Positions 42,861 through 56,227 of a DNA stretch of 64,000 nucleotides are shown here, in pieces. This stretch comes from Eledone cirrhosa (taxonomy: Eukaryota), in the NCBI GenBank assembly GCA_964016885.1, contig CAXHJY010001058.1, forward strand, positions 1-64,000, given 5' to 3'. The notes under the pieces were generated by a model, which saw nothing but the letters and a program-made list of their open reading frames with translations, did no database searches and had not been told where the DNA came from. Position 1 is the stretch's first letter. Each line of letters begins with the position of its first letter. Both the position numbers and the translations under genes were made by a program.

Positions 42861-44215
42861 ATGGTCGCACATGCAATAGGGGCTAGTATCAAAACTACCC
42901 TAAAGGGCCACATATTTAAGTTCAACGAGAAGATCTACACCCAAAATGAGGGAGCAGCCATTGGCGTCAGCATAGCTGGTGATGTTGCCAACCTTTTCAT
43001 GGTATGGTGGGAAAGGAGACTTAAAGATCTCCTTAATGAGAGCTCCATAGACCTCATCATGTACTCTCGTTATGTAGACGATATCAATATAGTTATAAGA
43101 ACATCCCCACTAGAGAGCACTAACAAGTTTGATTTAGAACGTAGCACGATGGAAAGCATCCAGCAGATAGCTAATTCCATACACCAGAGTATAACTGTAA
43201 CTATCGACTTCCCTTCCAAACACCCTAACAATAGACTACCTGTATTAGACACAGAACTCTGGATTAACACTATAGACGAGAGAGCCCAAATTCTCCACTC
43301 ACACTATGCTAAACCCATGGACTCCAAATACCTGATACTCAAAAACTCAGCAATGTCCAGTAGTGCTAAGTTTAATATTCTGATCGCAGATTTGGTACGA
43401 GTGATGAAGAATGTGTCCCGCATGTGCGACCCAACAGAAATGGAAAGACACATCCAACACTTCATCAACCGCATGCAGTTCTCTGGCTACAACCAAAGAG
43501 ACAGAGTCAGAGTATACGAAGGAGCCATGGAGAAGTATAAGACCCTCATAGAACTGGACATGAAAGGAATTTGCCCATTATACAGGAGCAAATCATGGAA
43601 TAGCTTAGATAGGGCTAGACATAAGATAGGGAAAACCACCTCATGGTACGACAACCAGAGATACCAGAGTGTCATGTTTGTGGACGCTACCCCTGGAGGG
43701 AAATTAGCTAACCAGTGTAGAAAGGCCCTGAGAAAGACCCACTTAAAAATTAAGGTGGTAGAAAAGCCAGGAACCACCATAAAATCCCAGCAAAACCTAC
43801 CCTTTTAAGAAAACCCACTGTACCAATAGGAAATGTATCATATGTAAGGTAAACCCCCGGATAAACTGTAAAACTAGAAACGTAGTCTATAGCATAAGAT
43901 GTACAGAGGGTACTTGCAGAAACATGACAACAACATACATAGGTGAGACAGCTCGTAGCATAGGTGAAAGGTAGACCAACACTGGGGGGAACTAAAAGGA
44001 CGAAAAAACGGGTCAGTACTATACGAACATGCTAGACAACAACATGACGGTAACATAGACAACATAGAAATTAGAATAATATCTAAACATAGAAATGACC
44101 CAGCAGATAGGCAAATCAGAGAGGCCAGTGAAATTGAAATTAGAAGACCAAGACTAAACAGAAAGAATGAATGGAATAACAACAACACCCAAACAAACAA
44201 CACTGACCTAAGAGA
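42861..44215 (+). pseudogene. Penelope RT (C-terminal half) plus CxxxxCxxC linker plus GIY-YIG endonuclease, frameshifted near 43790 and 43975
   Basis: YTQNEGAAIGVSIAGDVANLFM, YSRYVDDI, LPVLD, HYAKPM; then HCTNRKCIICK...NVVYSIRC...YIGETARSIGER...SVLYEH...RQIREA...LNRKNEW. Confidence 0.9.
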
Positions 44216-44469
44216 AGTATAAATAAGTAAATAAAATAAAATAAATAAATAAATAAATAAATAAATATATACACAAGCACAATAACAACAAGCACATAAA
44301 CACACACTAGTCACCCATCACACAGCAAACAAAACACTATACACACACGCAAACGCATGCGCAAAGAAGACAAAATAAAATAAACAAACAAGCAAATAAA
44401 TAAATATATATATAGACAGACTGAATAAAAATGGCGTAGACATACAATACAACAGGAGGAAACGATAAC

Positions 44470-44511
44470 ACCACTGACGATGTTGCAGATGTGCAACGAA
44501 AGATTTATGAT
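44470..44511 (+). ncRNA. Minimal hammerhead ribozyme in Penelope pLTR (mirror 41957-41998, minus)
   Basis: CTGACGA-t-gttgca gatg tgcaac-GAAA-(a/g)att-TA-tgat; weak helix I. Confidence 0.65.
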
Positions 44512-44850
44512 AAACTATATATATGTGTTTGTGTCTATATTGTATCTGTATTATTTTTGACCGTCGGTCAGTCAATGGCAACATTGAGGACCGAGTAAGT
44601 TAGATTACCGATATAAAAGACACAGAAGCGAGAAGCGAAAACCAACCAAACAGTGAGTGTTCTGTTATTAATTCTGGCAATATTACACAAATATGACCCT
44701 CCCCAAGTATAACAATATTTGTTTCGACACACGATTTCATATAAAAAACCTCGCAAAACTAATTCATCTCCGCTATATATATATATAAACATACATACAT
44801 GCATATATATATACTTATACATACATATATATAGAGAGAGAGAAGAGGGT

Positions 44851-44898
<48 letters not shown>

Positions 44899-45350
44899 GA
44901 AACATATTTAAAATTGTCAATTAATAATATATTAATATATTGAAGCTCCATGCTTTTATCTCATTATAAATAGAAACATATATACGAGATGTTACTTAAG
45001 AAAAGGTTGATACATAATAACAGAGAATAATCAACACATTCAGATGATAGAATAGATTTCTTAAATCATTTAATACCTTACAAATATTTCCATATGAACA
45101 ATTGAACTAATGCTTATTCTACGACAATATAGTAGATAGAAAAGAAACTATGTATTGACGATAGTTAAGTATTATTGATACTGTACATCATCAGTGCTGA
45201 TAAAATGATGAACAATGACCCAGTGATGAGCAAGTCCAAACGGCAAAAAGTTTGCTTGAGTAATGGCGACATTATATATAGTTATAATATATAATAGGGC
45301 AGTGGATTGGCAGTATCGGTAGAGGGTCATGGGCAGCATAATATATAATA

Positions 45351-45541
45351 AGGCGGTGGATTGGCAGTATCAGTAGAGGGCCGGACGCCATGCTTTGCAG
45401 CATAGAGTTACGGCCCTTTATGATCTAAGTTCAAATCCCTTCGAGGTTAACTTTGCCTCTCAGCCTTACGGGGTCGATAGAATAAAGTACCAGTAATGCA
45501 CTGGGATAATTTCTGGCCTTGTGCCAAAAGTAGAAACAATT
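45351..45541 (+). mobile_element. tRNA-derived SINE, preceded by an abortive head at 45298-45328
   Basis: SINE consensus. Confidence 0.85.
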
Positions 45542-45924
45542 ATATATAGTTATAATTATACAATTATTTCACCTCAACAGGTCCTGCTCTCTTTAGCATT
45601 ACACCAAAACACATTAAAACAGAAACAGACCCCATAAAATTCAAAATGACTTTGGACAAATTCCTCCAAGGAAGCCCAGATAAATCTCCTAACCTGGATA
45701 TGTCTCTCTAAACAATAATTCTCTGCTTGAGTTGACCATGGTGCCCAAATCCTGATTTGAAAGAGTTCACCAGGTGGTGCCATTAAGTTAGACATGACCT
45801 GGACCAATACTGGCCGAAACCTATCAAAGTTATATATCCACATGTGGTCGACGGCTGAAAGAAAGGAGTACTCAATACAGAAGTAGAGTTTTAATATCCA
45901 TTTTATTAAAGCCGAATAGTGAGT

Positions 45925-45972
45925 CTTGTTACTCTGGAGTTTCGCCTGTTTATTATAGGGTCATCACACAAG
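45925..45972 (-). ncRNA. Degenerate hammerhead motif inside a small fold-back (45900-46007)
   Basis: cttgt-gTGATGA-ccct..aggc-GAAA-ctccagag-TA-acaag; helices I and III intact, C3 mutated. Confidence 0.5.
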
Positions 45973-46012
45973 AAGTCTTGTTTGTCTTTTTCGGCTTTAA
46001 TAAAATAATTAA

Positions 46013-46637
<625 letters not shown>

Positions 46638-46888
46638 CATGTATGTAAACAAATGGTTTCGAAATTGTGAACCTTGGTGCACTGGTGCGCCGCAAAAAAA
46701 GCACTATTCTATTTCAAAATATGGAAAATATATATTGAAATTCGATATAATATTCCTATGTAACTGCCAAAGTGGGAAACTAAGAATGTAAACATTGCCA
46801 AAAATTCAACAAATACGCGTTTAACATTGATAACTTTACTTCATATATTGGTTAAAGGAGGTAGTACAAATAATTTTTCGTTAAGTCG

Positions 46889-47615
46889 AGGTCGACGTAA
46901 TCTCCATTCAGTATATGTTCCCAGAGATAGTGAGGTATACCAGTACAGACCATCAACAAAAAAGCAAGTTATGTTAACTGAAAACATTGATGTGGTAGTA
47001 GCAATGGATAAACATAGTAGCTTATCTTTGACCAACAATTGTTATATTCAGGACTGTCGCTACCATTAGGTCAACTAGGGTGCCGACCAAGGAAAAGACC
47101 TCAGGGTCGTATTTCTCAAACGATAGAGAGTGTTTTTGGAAGGACGTCGGACGCAGAGCCGGATATAATGGGGAGGGGGGGCAAACGGGGCAATTTCCCC
47201 GCGCCCCTGCAGCCAACGACGGCTGTAGCAATTTATTTGTGCCCTCAGCTGGGCATTTTAGTTTTAGGATGGTTAGAAATTTTTATTTTAATACCTGTAT
47301 GCATAACTTTTCAATTCCAATATCTTGTGCCAAGCTAACTTTGATATGAAAAAATTTGGGAAGTGGTGTATTCTAACTTTTGTATATGAAGCCCCACCAA
47401 ACAAACGTGAAGTGCCCCGAGCCCCCCAAGGTCTAAATCCAGCCCTGGGAACCAATGTACCCTTAACGTAGTATATATGGTCATTCAGCGTGACACGGTA
47501 TATGACAAAGCTGACCCCTTGAATTGCAGCAAGGACAACAGCAATAATGTATCATATTAAAGCTGTTGTATATTTTGTGTAAAACGTCCATCATAATGGA
47601 AAGGGGGTGGTAAGA

Positions 47616-47655
<40 letters not shown>

Positions 47656-48339
47656 ATCCGTATGTGTGTGTGTGTGTGTGTACATCCGTATGTGTGTGTG
47701 TGTGTGTGTGTGTACATCCGTATGTGTGTGTTTGGGTGGCAGGATAAAGAGTGGTTGTGGTTGTGATTGTGGTGTTGTTGTTAGTAATAATATCACTGAA
47801 AACTTTTAATACCACGCTGTAACAAGTATTTATGGAAAAGGGGTGGTAAGAGTGTATGTATGGCTGATGGTGTTATTCGTGGACGATTATATCATTTACG
47901 TTTATAAATATATATATACATGTATATGCATGTGTGTGTGTGTATGTGTGTGTGTGTGTGTTTATAAAACATTTAAAATGTCATATTGATTTCTAAGATT
48001 GGGTGGTTGTATCTAATGCAACTATGGAAATTCCACTGGGTCAGCTAGTTATACATAATTCTGAACTTTGGCTCATATTTTGTGATAAGAGATGAGTGTT
48101 AGGTCTAGGTCGACGTAATCTCCATTCGGTATATGTTCCCAGAGATAGAGAGGTATACCAGAACAGACCATCAACAAAAAAGCAAGCTATGCTATCAGAA
48201 AACATTGATGTGGTAGTAGCAATGATTAAACATAGTAGCCTATCTTTGACCAATAATTGTTATATTCAGGACTGGCACTACCATTAGGTTAACTAGGGGG
48301 CAGACAAGGGAAAAGATCTCAGGGTCGTATTTCTCAAAC
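46889..48339 (+). repeat. About 230-bp direct duplication (46889-47121 and 48107-48339)
   Basis: ggtcgacgtaatctccattc...gggtcgtatttctcaaac present twice with scattered substitutions. Confidence 0.85.
47154..47447. mobile_element. MITE (hAT-like CAG termini)
   Basis: cagagccggatata ... taaatccagccctg imperfect TIRs; relatives at 39449-39744 and 40313-40480. Confidence 0.6.
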
Positions 48340-48809
48340 TTAAATGATCACTGTTCCTGCGTTTAATAAATAAATCACTAAACATCTTTGCTAAGTCACA
48401 GCATTAGGGAATATCCAAAGAAGCGGAGATAGACATATGAGGTTATAATATGTTACAAGATTTGACGTGGGTGAGCGTGGTCTGTGTAGTGATATTCTTA
48501 GTATGATCAGTGAAAGATGTCTCCGAAACTAAGTTTCTCCGATTACAAAACTGTTAGTTGAAATTATCTTATCAGGTAGAACGAGGTACGTAACTCGGAG
48601 AAGGCGGTACATGTTGTACAACTAGGGCACTAAATAGCAAGGCACAACCTAGCCAGACACACAACCAATACATCGAAACGTATCACTTAATGCATACACA
48701 CTCGTCGGTTATTTATATTGCATGTATAGCATACACAATCTGTTATATATGTGGCCGGTATAGGATAAGATATAATTATACACCTATGCCTTAAACATCA
48801 CATAAATAC

Positions 48810-48871
<62 letters not shown>

Positions 48872-50253
48872 GAAATTTTGAACTGTTATGTATAACGTTT
48901 TATTTAACATACAATTTAGCCTCGCTTTGAAATCAGGGTACCATACTATTATTCATAAAATTAATTAGACTGAAGTCTAAGGATCCTACAGGAACTAGGA
49001 TCCCATGATTTTTTTTTCTGCTGTAGTAGGGTGAAAGATTGAAATGCCAGAAAGGACAAAAATGCCTGAAATCCTAATGAGTCGGCCATGATATAATATG
49101 CCTCAGTCTGAAATGTAAACAAAGTGGGTAGACAGCATGTTTTTTTATCGGCTATAAATATCTATAGGCTAATAATTGATTCTTTTTCTTTGTTGAAAGT
49201 CTATCAAGGCTTGAAAATATTGATTGATACATTCTTTACCCACGGAGCGAACAATAAAATGCAGTGGAATTATTTCATCCACATTTTATAGCTAGTCTAA
49301 ATTGTATATTTATTCAGAAATAAAAGGTTCTGATCATCAGATTAGACCAAGGAAACTAGATTTACCTTGGTTTTCGATTGTTTATAGATACTATCTGCTG
49401 GATAGTACCCGAGCGAAGGGAACAAGATATAATAAACCAAAATACACCGCCAAGATCAGGAACCGAACCCACGAGGTTATGATCCAACAACCGAGCCACT
49501 AGGCCACGTGCCTTCACATATACAGACACAGCCAACAAACGCTGTATTGTACATTGTTAACTAATGGTTACGGTGTTCTGATCACAATCGTAAAGTCGTG
49601 AATTCGATTCTTGGCGGTGCATTGCGTCCTTGAGCACAACACTTTATTTCACTTGGGTTCAGTTAAACTCACCTAGGGAAAAAGATGAGTTGTATCTGTA
49701 TTTCAAACGGCCAGTCTTGTCAACTTGCCATGCCATGCAGAATCTTTCTGAACCTAAGCGTATCTGTGGAATACTCAGCCACTGCACGTTAATTTCACAA
49801 GCAGGCCCTCCACTGGTCAATCAACAGGGATAATCGTCGTAGCACTGACGGAGATCCCACACAATTAATTAACGAACGTTGTCTGAGCACTCACTGTTAT
49901 GCAAATTAGATTGTCCGATTTAGCTCTGTCCGAGGTTGTATATACTATAAATACATATAAGATCTCGTTGTCGAGAGAAAAGGAGTATGCTTACTCCGAT
50001 GAAGATTTAACAAGAATAGAAACTAGTCAGACTGATGGCTTTCTCTGCCTATGCAGAGAATAAACAAAACAAATTGTGGTGTAACAATTTTGTTTACTTC
50101 TCACAGCGAGGCTAATTTTAACGCTTATCAAAAAGGTGTGCCTTTTATTTCAAACGTCGTACGTGTGTGTGTCATTATGTGTGCGTGTGTCCGTGTGTGC
50201 GTGTACACGTGTGAGTCATGGTTTCAAAATGAGTACGCAACACATGTAATAAA

Positions 50254-50291
<38 letters not shown>

Positions 50292-50390
50292 TTATTATTA
50301 GTATAGATCAAGGTTTAAGCAAAGAATTTCTGCTTTCACCCTGTTACGGGATCTGTTGTATTAATAATAATAAATATTTGCTTTGCGCGT

Positions 50391-51573
<1,183 letters not shown>

Positions 51574-51779
51574 TTGGTAAACGGAATAGAAAATGCTGAC
51601 AAATTGTTCACAGTTGAAAAATGGTTTAATTAGGAATAAAAGAGTATTAGTGATTGTATGGGTTAGTATTCAGTTGTGGTTTTAAGTTTTTAAGTTTTTA
51701 CCGGTTGCGCATTTCTAAATGCTTTTCAAAAATAATTTTGAGATAGAGTGTCCGTGCTGTTTGCTCTGATCTGTATATA

Positions 51780-51869
<90 letters not shown>

Positions 51870-52032
51870 TGTATATATATATATATAAGTATATATATAT
51901 ATATATACTTATACTCTTCACTATATATATATATATATATACTTATACTCAATCACTAATACTCTTTTATTCCTAATTAAACCATTTTTCAACTGTGAAC
52001 AATTTGTCAGCATTTTCTATTCCGTTTACCAA
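51574..52032. mobile_element. Tail-out fold-back element with variant HHR at 51695-51733 (minus)
   Basis: 51574-51653 mirrored at about 51951-52032; ttt-TTGAAAA-gcattt ag aaatgc-GCAA-ccgg-TA-aaa. Confidence 0.6.
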
Positions 52033-52055
52033 TATATATATATATATATATATAA

Positions 52056-52094
<39 letters not shown>

Positions 52095-52279
52095 CCTAAT
52101 CGAGCCCTCTTCGGATTTTGGTCTTCTTAATTATTATTACTATGTGTGTGTGTGTGTGTGTGTGAAAGGTAAACATAAATAACAAAAATAACAAAAAAAA
52201 TGGCACAGCACATGGAAGAAATATATTAGTTTAAAGCTTGAAATAATACTAATATTATAATATAGTTATAATTATAATA

Positions 52280-52466
52280 ATTGTTTCTACTTTTGGCACA
52301 AGGCCAGTAATTACCCAGTGCATTACTGGTACTTTATTTTATCGACCCTGTAAGGATGAAAGGCAAAGTTAACCTCGGCGGGATTTGAACTCAGACTGGC
52401 AAGGGCCGTAACTCTATGCGTCAAAGCATGGCGTCCGACCCTCTACCGATACTGCCAATCCACCTC
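52280..52466 (-). mobile_element. tRNA-derived SINE
   Basis: SINE consensus. Confidence 0.85.
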
Positions 52467-52691
52467 CTTTATAATTATAATAATAATAGGAATAAGTACT
52501 GCCATTTAGCTGAAAGCAATGAAGGCCATGCAGAGCTGTTATACATCAATAGTTTATATACGAAAATAAAAAATTATTAATGTGTGTGTATATATAGATA
52601 TTATATATATATATATGCATCTTTAACATAGGTTTATTGGAATTAGATAATAAAATGAAGATGTACAAATAAAACCGTCTCTCTTGCTTAT

Positions 52692-52757
<66 letters not shown>

Positions 52758-53361
52758 AAAAGAGTTCGGACCTCGCTGTCGAAACGGCCAGAGCTCAGCC
52801 GTCGGGGTCCTGACTCTTTTCCTATTACCCACTCTACTACCCAAAGTATCGAGTACTCTGGTGCGTTATGGTCCACCTGGTTTCTTACCACACTTTCTTT
52901 ATCATATATACACACACACACACACAGTCCCACACACATACACATATATATATAGGAGAAGAGTCAGGACCCCGACGACAGAGCTCAAGCCGTTTCGACG
53001 GCTATTTCTATATAAACGTACCTGGCGTACGTGAGAGAAGAAGGTGGAGGAGAGTATTAGTAGGAGGTGCGGCTCAACAATCCTAATGTTTTGACGTTAT
53101 ATATAACACTATATATATAACACTTCAGCTGTTGTGCTGTATAATGGTGGTGACATGCAAACTATTGTTTGTCTTTTAAAACGATGTCTAGATCTCTGTC
53201 TCTGACTCTCTAATCTCTCACAGTATAGATCATTATAGAAACAATTATTTCAGCGTGTCTTCTAGTCTCTCTCGCTCTCTCTCTCTCTCTTTATATATAT
53301 ATAGAGAGATACGCACACACACGCATATATATATTTATAATATAGAAATAGCTTCTGCAGG

Positions 53362-53400
53362 ACTAGAACTGTTTCATTCGAAGGAACTCATCAGCTATGT
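53362..53400 (-). ncRNA. Minimal hammerhead ribozyme (related core at about 55040-55072 in a small palindrome)
   Basis: acatag-CTGATGA-gttc cttc gaat-GAAA-cag-TT-ctagt. Confidence 0.6.
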
Positions 53401-53477
53401 ATTGAGTACCTTACTTACTGTTGTTAACCCCGATTGAACCGGGGATACATACATATGTGTGTCTCTCTCTCTCTCTG

Positions 53478-53514
<37 letters not shown>

Positions 53515-54013
53515 CTCTCTCTCTCTCTCTCTGTATATATATATATATATATATACATGAAGGAGGGGGGGTAATATCTATCATCTATCAAGCTGTCTTT
53601 CTGTATATTATTGGGATATTTTCCTGTCAATCTATCCAACTATCCATCTAAATATCAACTTAATTATTTCTCTATCGATCTGTCTTTTCCCTTACTATCC
53701 ATCTATCCATCTTTCTACCTAGCTTGCTATTTATCTATATATATTTGTTTCGGTTAGTCTATCGATTCATCTATATACCTACCTATCCAATGTTTTACAT
53801 ATCCTTCTATCAACCAATTCGACTAACCATGTTTCCTATCCATCTGCCTATCTAACAGTCTATATAATATATATACTTAGCCTTTTATATATATCTATGT
53901 ATGTATGTATGTATCAATCTATCTTTCTATATGTCGGTGTGTCTGTTTATCTAAGCATGTATATATGTATCTACATGTATGCATTTTGCACACAAACACA
54001 CGTATATGTATAC

Positions 54014-54061
<48 letters not shown>

Positions 54062-54066
<5 letters not shown>

Positions 54067-54247
54067 TTGCAATTTGTTTTGCAGGGGTTTTTATATGAAA
54101 TCGTGTGTCGAAACAAATATTGTTATACTTGGGGGGGGGGTCATATTGTTATAATATTGTCAGAAATAATAAGAGAACACACTCACTGTTGAGTGTGTTC
54201 TGTTATTATTTCTGGCAATATTATAATAACATGACCCTCCCCAAGTA

Positions 54248-54251
<4 letters not shown>
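54062..54251. mobile_element. Mini fold-back made only of Penelope 3' termini
   Basis: gttatacttgggggg...acacactca ctgt tgagtgtgt...ccctcccaagtataac; matches the ends of the 41748-44765 element. Confidence 0.8.
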
Positions 54252-54300
<49 letters not shown>

Positions 54301-54474
54301 CTATATATATATATATAAAACGAAGGAAGTGTGGTAAGGAACCAGATGGACCATAATGCACCAGAGTACACAATACTTAAGGTAGTAGAGTGGGGAATAG
54401 GAAAATGTTTAACCCCGACGTCCAGAAATAGCCGTCGAAACTGCTTGAGCTCTGCCATCGGAGTTAAACATTTT

Positions 54475-54533
<59 letters not shown>

Positions 54534-55303
54534 TGAGAGAGTGAGATAGAGCATGTATAAACTGCTTTTTCTTTCGTTTGTAAACAAAAACGCATGTTTG
54601 GATGTATATGAGTGAGTATTTATCGATGTTCCTATAAGTACGATATGTATGTATCCCTATAGGCAAGCACATGAATTGATAGATAGATAGATAGATATGT
54701 TTCTTTATTAGCCACAGGGGCACAAAAGAAGGGGACAAATACAAAGGGGGGAGTTTACATACAATAAAAACGTGTAAAATGCTATCACAAATGTAATTTA
54801 GATAGATAGATAGGTAGGTAGGTAGGTAGGTAGGGAGGTAGGGAGGGAGGTAGGTAGGTAGGTAGGGAGGTAGGGAGTTAGGTAGATAGGGAGAGTAAAA
54901 TATTTAGAGAGGTATGTTTATGTATACATATAGAGTATATGATAAGTTATTCCGGGTTGAATCGGAGGTAACCACAGTAAGTAAGGTACTCAATACATAG
55001 CAGAGTATAAAAGTTTTAATATAGAAGAGATTCTACAGGACTAGAACTGTTTCATTCGTGAGAAATCATCAGGGAGCCCTGATTTCTCACGAATGAAACA
55101 GTTCTAGTCCTATAGAGTATATGTGTATATATATAGAGAGAGAGAGAAAGAGAGAGAGAAAGAGAATGAGAGAGAGGGAGAGAGTGAGAAAGAGAATGAG
55201 AGAGAGGGGTACATTGATAGAGAGGTAAATCGGTAAGTAAGTAGGTAGGTAGATAGATAGTTAGAGAGAGAAAAAGTGAGAGATAGACACAGAGATAGCT
55301 AAA

Positions 55304-55348
<45 letters not shown>

Positions 55349-55769
55349 GAGAGAGAGAGGGAGAGAGAGATGAATAGATAGACAGATAAGACAGATAAGA
55401 TAGATAGATATATAGCTTTCTTTATAGCTAGATAAATAGCTAGATAGTTGAAAGTAACCTTACCATTGTGATGGTATGTGGAAATAGTAATTGTGTCGCC
55501 GCCTCGTTATTCCTCTGTTTCACCTCTTGTGTGCATCAATTCTCCTTCCGTGTGTTCCTGTGTTTACGTGCCAGCGTCACTATTCACGTGCGTCTGTGTG
55601 CGTGTGTATGCGTATGTTTACGTGTGAGCGTGCGTGTGTGTTGGTGTGTAAGTGTGTGTAAGTATGTGTTGGTGTGTAAGTGTGTGTTGGTGTGTGTGTG
55701 TGTGTGTGTGTGTGCAATACAGCACTACCTTCTTAGCTTTCTGCTGCAACATGGATGATAGTAGAAGTT

Positions 55770-55796
55770 ACTACTGTTGCTGCTGCTGCTGCTGCT

Positions 55797-55828
<32 letters not shown>

Positions 55829-56222
55829 TGTTGTTCTTGCTGCTGCTGCCGTTGCTGCTGCCGTTGCTCTCGTTGCTGTTGTTGCTGCGGCTACAGTTGT
55901 TAATGTTGTTGCTGCTGCTGTTATTGCTGCTACTGCTGCTCCCGTTGTTGTTCTTATTACTGCTGTTGTTGCTGCTTATGTTGCTGCTGCTGCTCCTCCT
56001 CCTGTTGTTATTCTTACTGCTGCTGCTGCTGCTGCTGCCGCTGCCGCTGCTGATTCCGCTGCTATTGCTGCTGCTTGTGTTGCTGCTGTGTTATTGTTGC
56101 TGCTGCTCCTGTTGTTATTCTTACTGCTGCTGTTGCTGCTGCTATTGCTGCTGCTTGTGTTGCTGCTGTGTTATTGTTGCTGCTGCTCCTGTTGTTATTC
56201 TTATTGCTGCTGTTGCTGCTGT
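55770..56222. repeat. (GCT)n/(GTT)n degenerate trinucleotide tract with an internal duplication
   Basis: Directly visible. Confidence 0.9.
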
Positions 56223-56227
56223 TGACG

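Larger units (their letters stand above)
41748..44765 (+). mobile_element. Penelope-like retroelement with about 930-bp inverted 3' duplication (inverted pLTR)
   Basis: 41748-42680 is the reverse complement of about 43792-44713; RT and GIY-YIG inside; both ends at (TA)n. Confidence 0.92.

Noticed and set aside
41748-44713. Inverted repeats as assembly or chimeric-read artefacts
   Set aside because: Arms differ by several substitutions and indels and end at element termini; read-level confirmation is still advisable
46827-48287. Duplicated 63-80 aa ORFs as paralogous exons
   Set aside because: No recognisable domain or splice signals; the segment runs into transposon-like sequence also seen near 19000-19260
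49994-50033. HHR-like ccgatga...gaaactagtc
   Set aside because: Core mutated and helices I and II pair poorly; at best a dead remnant
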